NCBI GenBank assembly: GCA_963740085.1
Contig: CAVUCU010000001.1
Location: forward strand, 1,312,001-1,376,000
DNA: 64,000 nucleotides
From: Nitrospirota bacterium
GTDB lineage: Bacteria > Nitrospirota > UBA9217
Reading direction: 5' to 3'
The notes under the pieces are model-generated. The model did no database searches, was not told the DNA's origin, and saw nothing but the letters and a program-made list of their open reading frames with translations. The position numbers and the translations under genes were made by a program. Positions 62,698-64,000 of this stretch are shown one piece after another; position 1 is the first letter of the stretch, and every line of letters starts with the position of its first letter.

Positions 62698-63462
62698 ATG
62701 AAAAGACCGAGGATAGGGGTCTTCAAATTCACCTCGTGCGATGGCTGTCAGCTCGCGCTTCTGAATCTTGAAGAAAAGCTCCTTGACCTGCTTCAGTTTT
62801 TTGATATTGCCTATTTCCGGGAAGCGCTCGATAAAGCGGCGCTGAAGGAATACGATATCGGAATAGTGGAGGGGTCCATCTCGACCGACAGGCAGAAGAA
62901 GGAAATCGCCGAGATCAGAGAACGATCACGGTGGCTCATGACCATCGGCGCCTGCGCCGCAGCCGGGGGCCTCCAGGCATTGAGAAACTGGGCGAATATC
63001 GAGGAATACAAGCGATATGTCTACCCGTCACCGGACCTCATCAGCGCCCTCCCGATGTCAACGCCTGTCTCGGACCATGTCTACATCGACTATGAGCTTT
63101 GGGGCTGTCCGATCGACAAGGAGGCCCTTTCTGAGACGCTCGTCTCCCTCATTATGGGAAGGCGGCCGGGCATCCCGGTGTACAGCCTCTGCATGGACTG
63201 CAAGATGAAAGGCATCCCCTGCGTACTCGTCTCCCGCGGGGAACCCTGTCTCGGCCCGGTTACCCGGGCCGGCTGCGGAGCACTCTGCCCGTCCTTCGAG
63301 AGGCCGTGTTACGGCTGCTTCGGCCCCCGGGAAGGCGCGAATATCGATTCTCTTCTCAGTCGGTTCGAAGCAAACGGACTCGACAGGAAACAGGCAGATC
63401 TCCTTCTGGATACGATGAATACCTATGCCTACAGGAGGGTGCGGCTTGAGAAAGCTGATTAA
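62698..63462 (+). CDS. hydD: Group 3b hydrogenase small (delta) subunit
   Basis: SCDGCQ, VEGS, GACA, GCP, CLGPVT.AGC.A.CP...CYGC. Confidence 0.92.
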   Translation: MKRPRIGVFKFTSCDGCQLALLNLEEKLLDLLQFFDIAYFREALDKAALKEYDIGIVEGSISTDRQKKEIAEIRERSRWLMTIGACAAAGGLQALRNWANIEEYKRYVYPSPDLISALPMSTPVSDHVYIDYELWGCPIDKEALSETLVSLIMGRRPGIPVYSLCMDCKMKGIPCVLVSRGEPCLGPVTRAGCGALCPSFERPCYGCFGPREGANIDSLLSRFEANGLDRKQADLLLDTMNTYAYRRVRLEKAD

Positions 63463-64000
63463 GACGGACTACCTCGCAAGGGTCGAGGGTGAAGGCGGGA
63501 TCGTGATCGAGATAACGGACGGAGCCGTATCAAAGGTCCATATGAGGATCTTCGAGGCTCCCCGGTTCTTCGAGGCTTTTCTGAGAGGAAGGACCTATCA
63601 GGACGTGATCGATTTCACCGCGAGGATCTGCGGCATCTGCCCGGTGGCATACCAGATGAGTTCGGTCCATGCTATCGAGAAGATCTTTGGGGTAAAGGTA
63701 TCGCCTCCCGTACGGGAGCTCAGGAGGCTCATGTACTGCGGGGAATGGATAGAGAGCCACGCCCTGCACGTCTATCTCCTCCAAGGCCCGGATTTTTATG
63801 ATCTGGAGAGCGCCTGGGCGGGAAAGGACTACCTTGAGATCGCGAAGCGGGGCCTTGCATTCAAGAAGCTCGGGAACGAGATACTGACAATCCTCGGCGG
63901 GAGGCCGGTCCACCCGATCTCGGTGAGGCCCGGCGGGTTTTTCAAGGTACCTGATAGTAGGAGTCTCTCCTCCCTGCTGCCTGAACTCGAAAAGGCTTAT
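63446..64000 (+). CDS. hydA: Group 3b [NiFe]-hydrogenase large (alpha) subunit, 5' part (not in the ORF track)
   Basis: Hand translation from TTG 63446: LARVEGEGG, FEAPRFFE, RICGICPVAY (L1 motif), GEWIESHALH, GGRPVHP. Confidence 0.93.
   Translation, partial: MRKLIKTDYLARVEGEGGIVIEITDGAVSKVHMRIFEAPRFFEAFLRGRTYQDVIDFTARICGICPVAYQMSSVHAIEKIFGVKVSPPVRELRRLMYCGEWIESHALHVYLLQGPDFYDLESAWAGKDYLEIAKRGLAFKKLGNEILTILGGRPVHPISVRPGGFFKVPDSRSLSSLLPELEKAY

Overview
Gene-dense, GC-rich bacterial window, almost all on the + strand (only 51213-56396 is on the - strand). No rRNA, tRNA, CRISPR array, transposase or integrase was recognised. (1) About 1-28 kb is a carbohydrate/energy cluster: zwf (3' part), GH13 glucan enzyme, USP, HAD phosphatase, APC permease, a 7-heme NapC-like cytochrome, ackA, phosphoketolase, rpiB, tal/tkt remnants, pgi, a complete N-ATPase operon (atpDCQRBEFAG), gnd and a GH15 glucoamylase. 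It contains several gene stubs (atpG 3' end, two tal 5' ends, a zwf 5' end) and about nine single-base frameshifts. Its N-ATPase subunits carry Pro/Lys/Glu-rich tails and a DUF2934-like domain on subunit b. (2) About 28-60 kb holds stress, metal and envelope genes: an M1-peptidase/ChaN/PDZ fusion, kup, ftsH, a SHOCT/PII/HMA/YHS-flavoprotein operon, a Rieske/cytochrome b operon flanked by two pentaheme cytochromes, copA, mprF-acvB, S41, M16 and HtrA proteases, a cupredoxin, a UbiB kinase and an FGE-fold protein. (3) 60.8-64 kb is a group 3b [NiFe]-hydrogenase operon, cut by the window end. The best candidates for new biology are the YHS-fused thioredoxin-reductase-like protein lacking CxxC in a PII/copper-chaperone operon, the tail-decorated N-ATPase embedded in a phosphoketolase island, and the double-pentaheme Rieske/cytochrome b complex. 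All family assignments come from motif recognition by eye; no searches were run.
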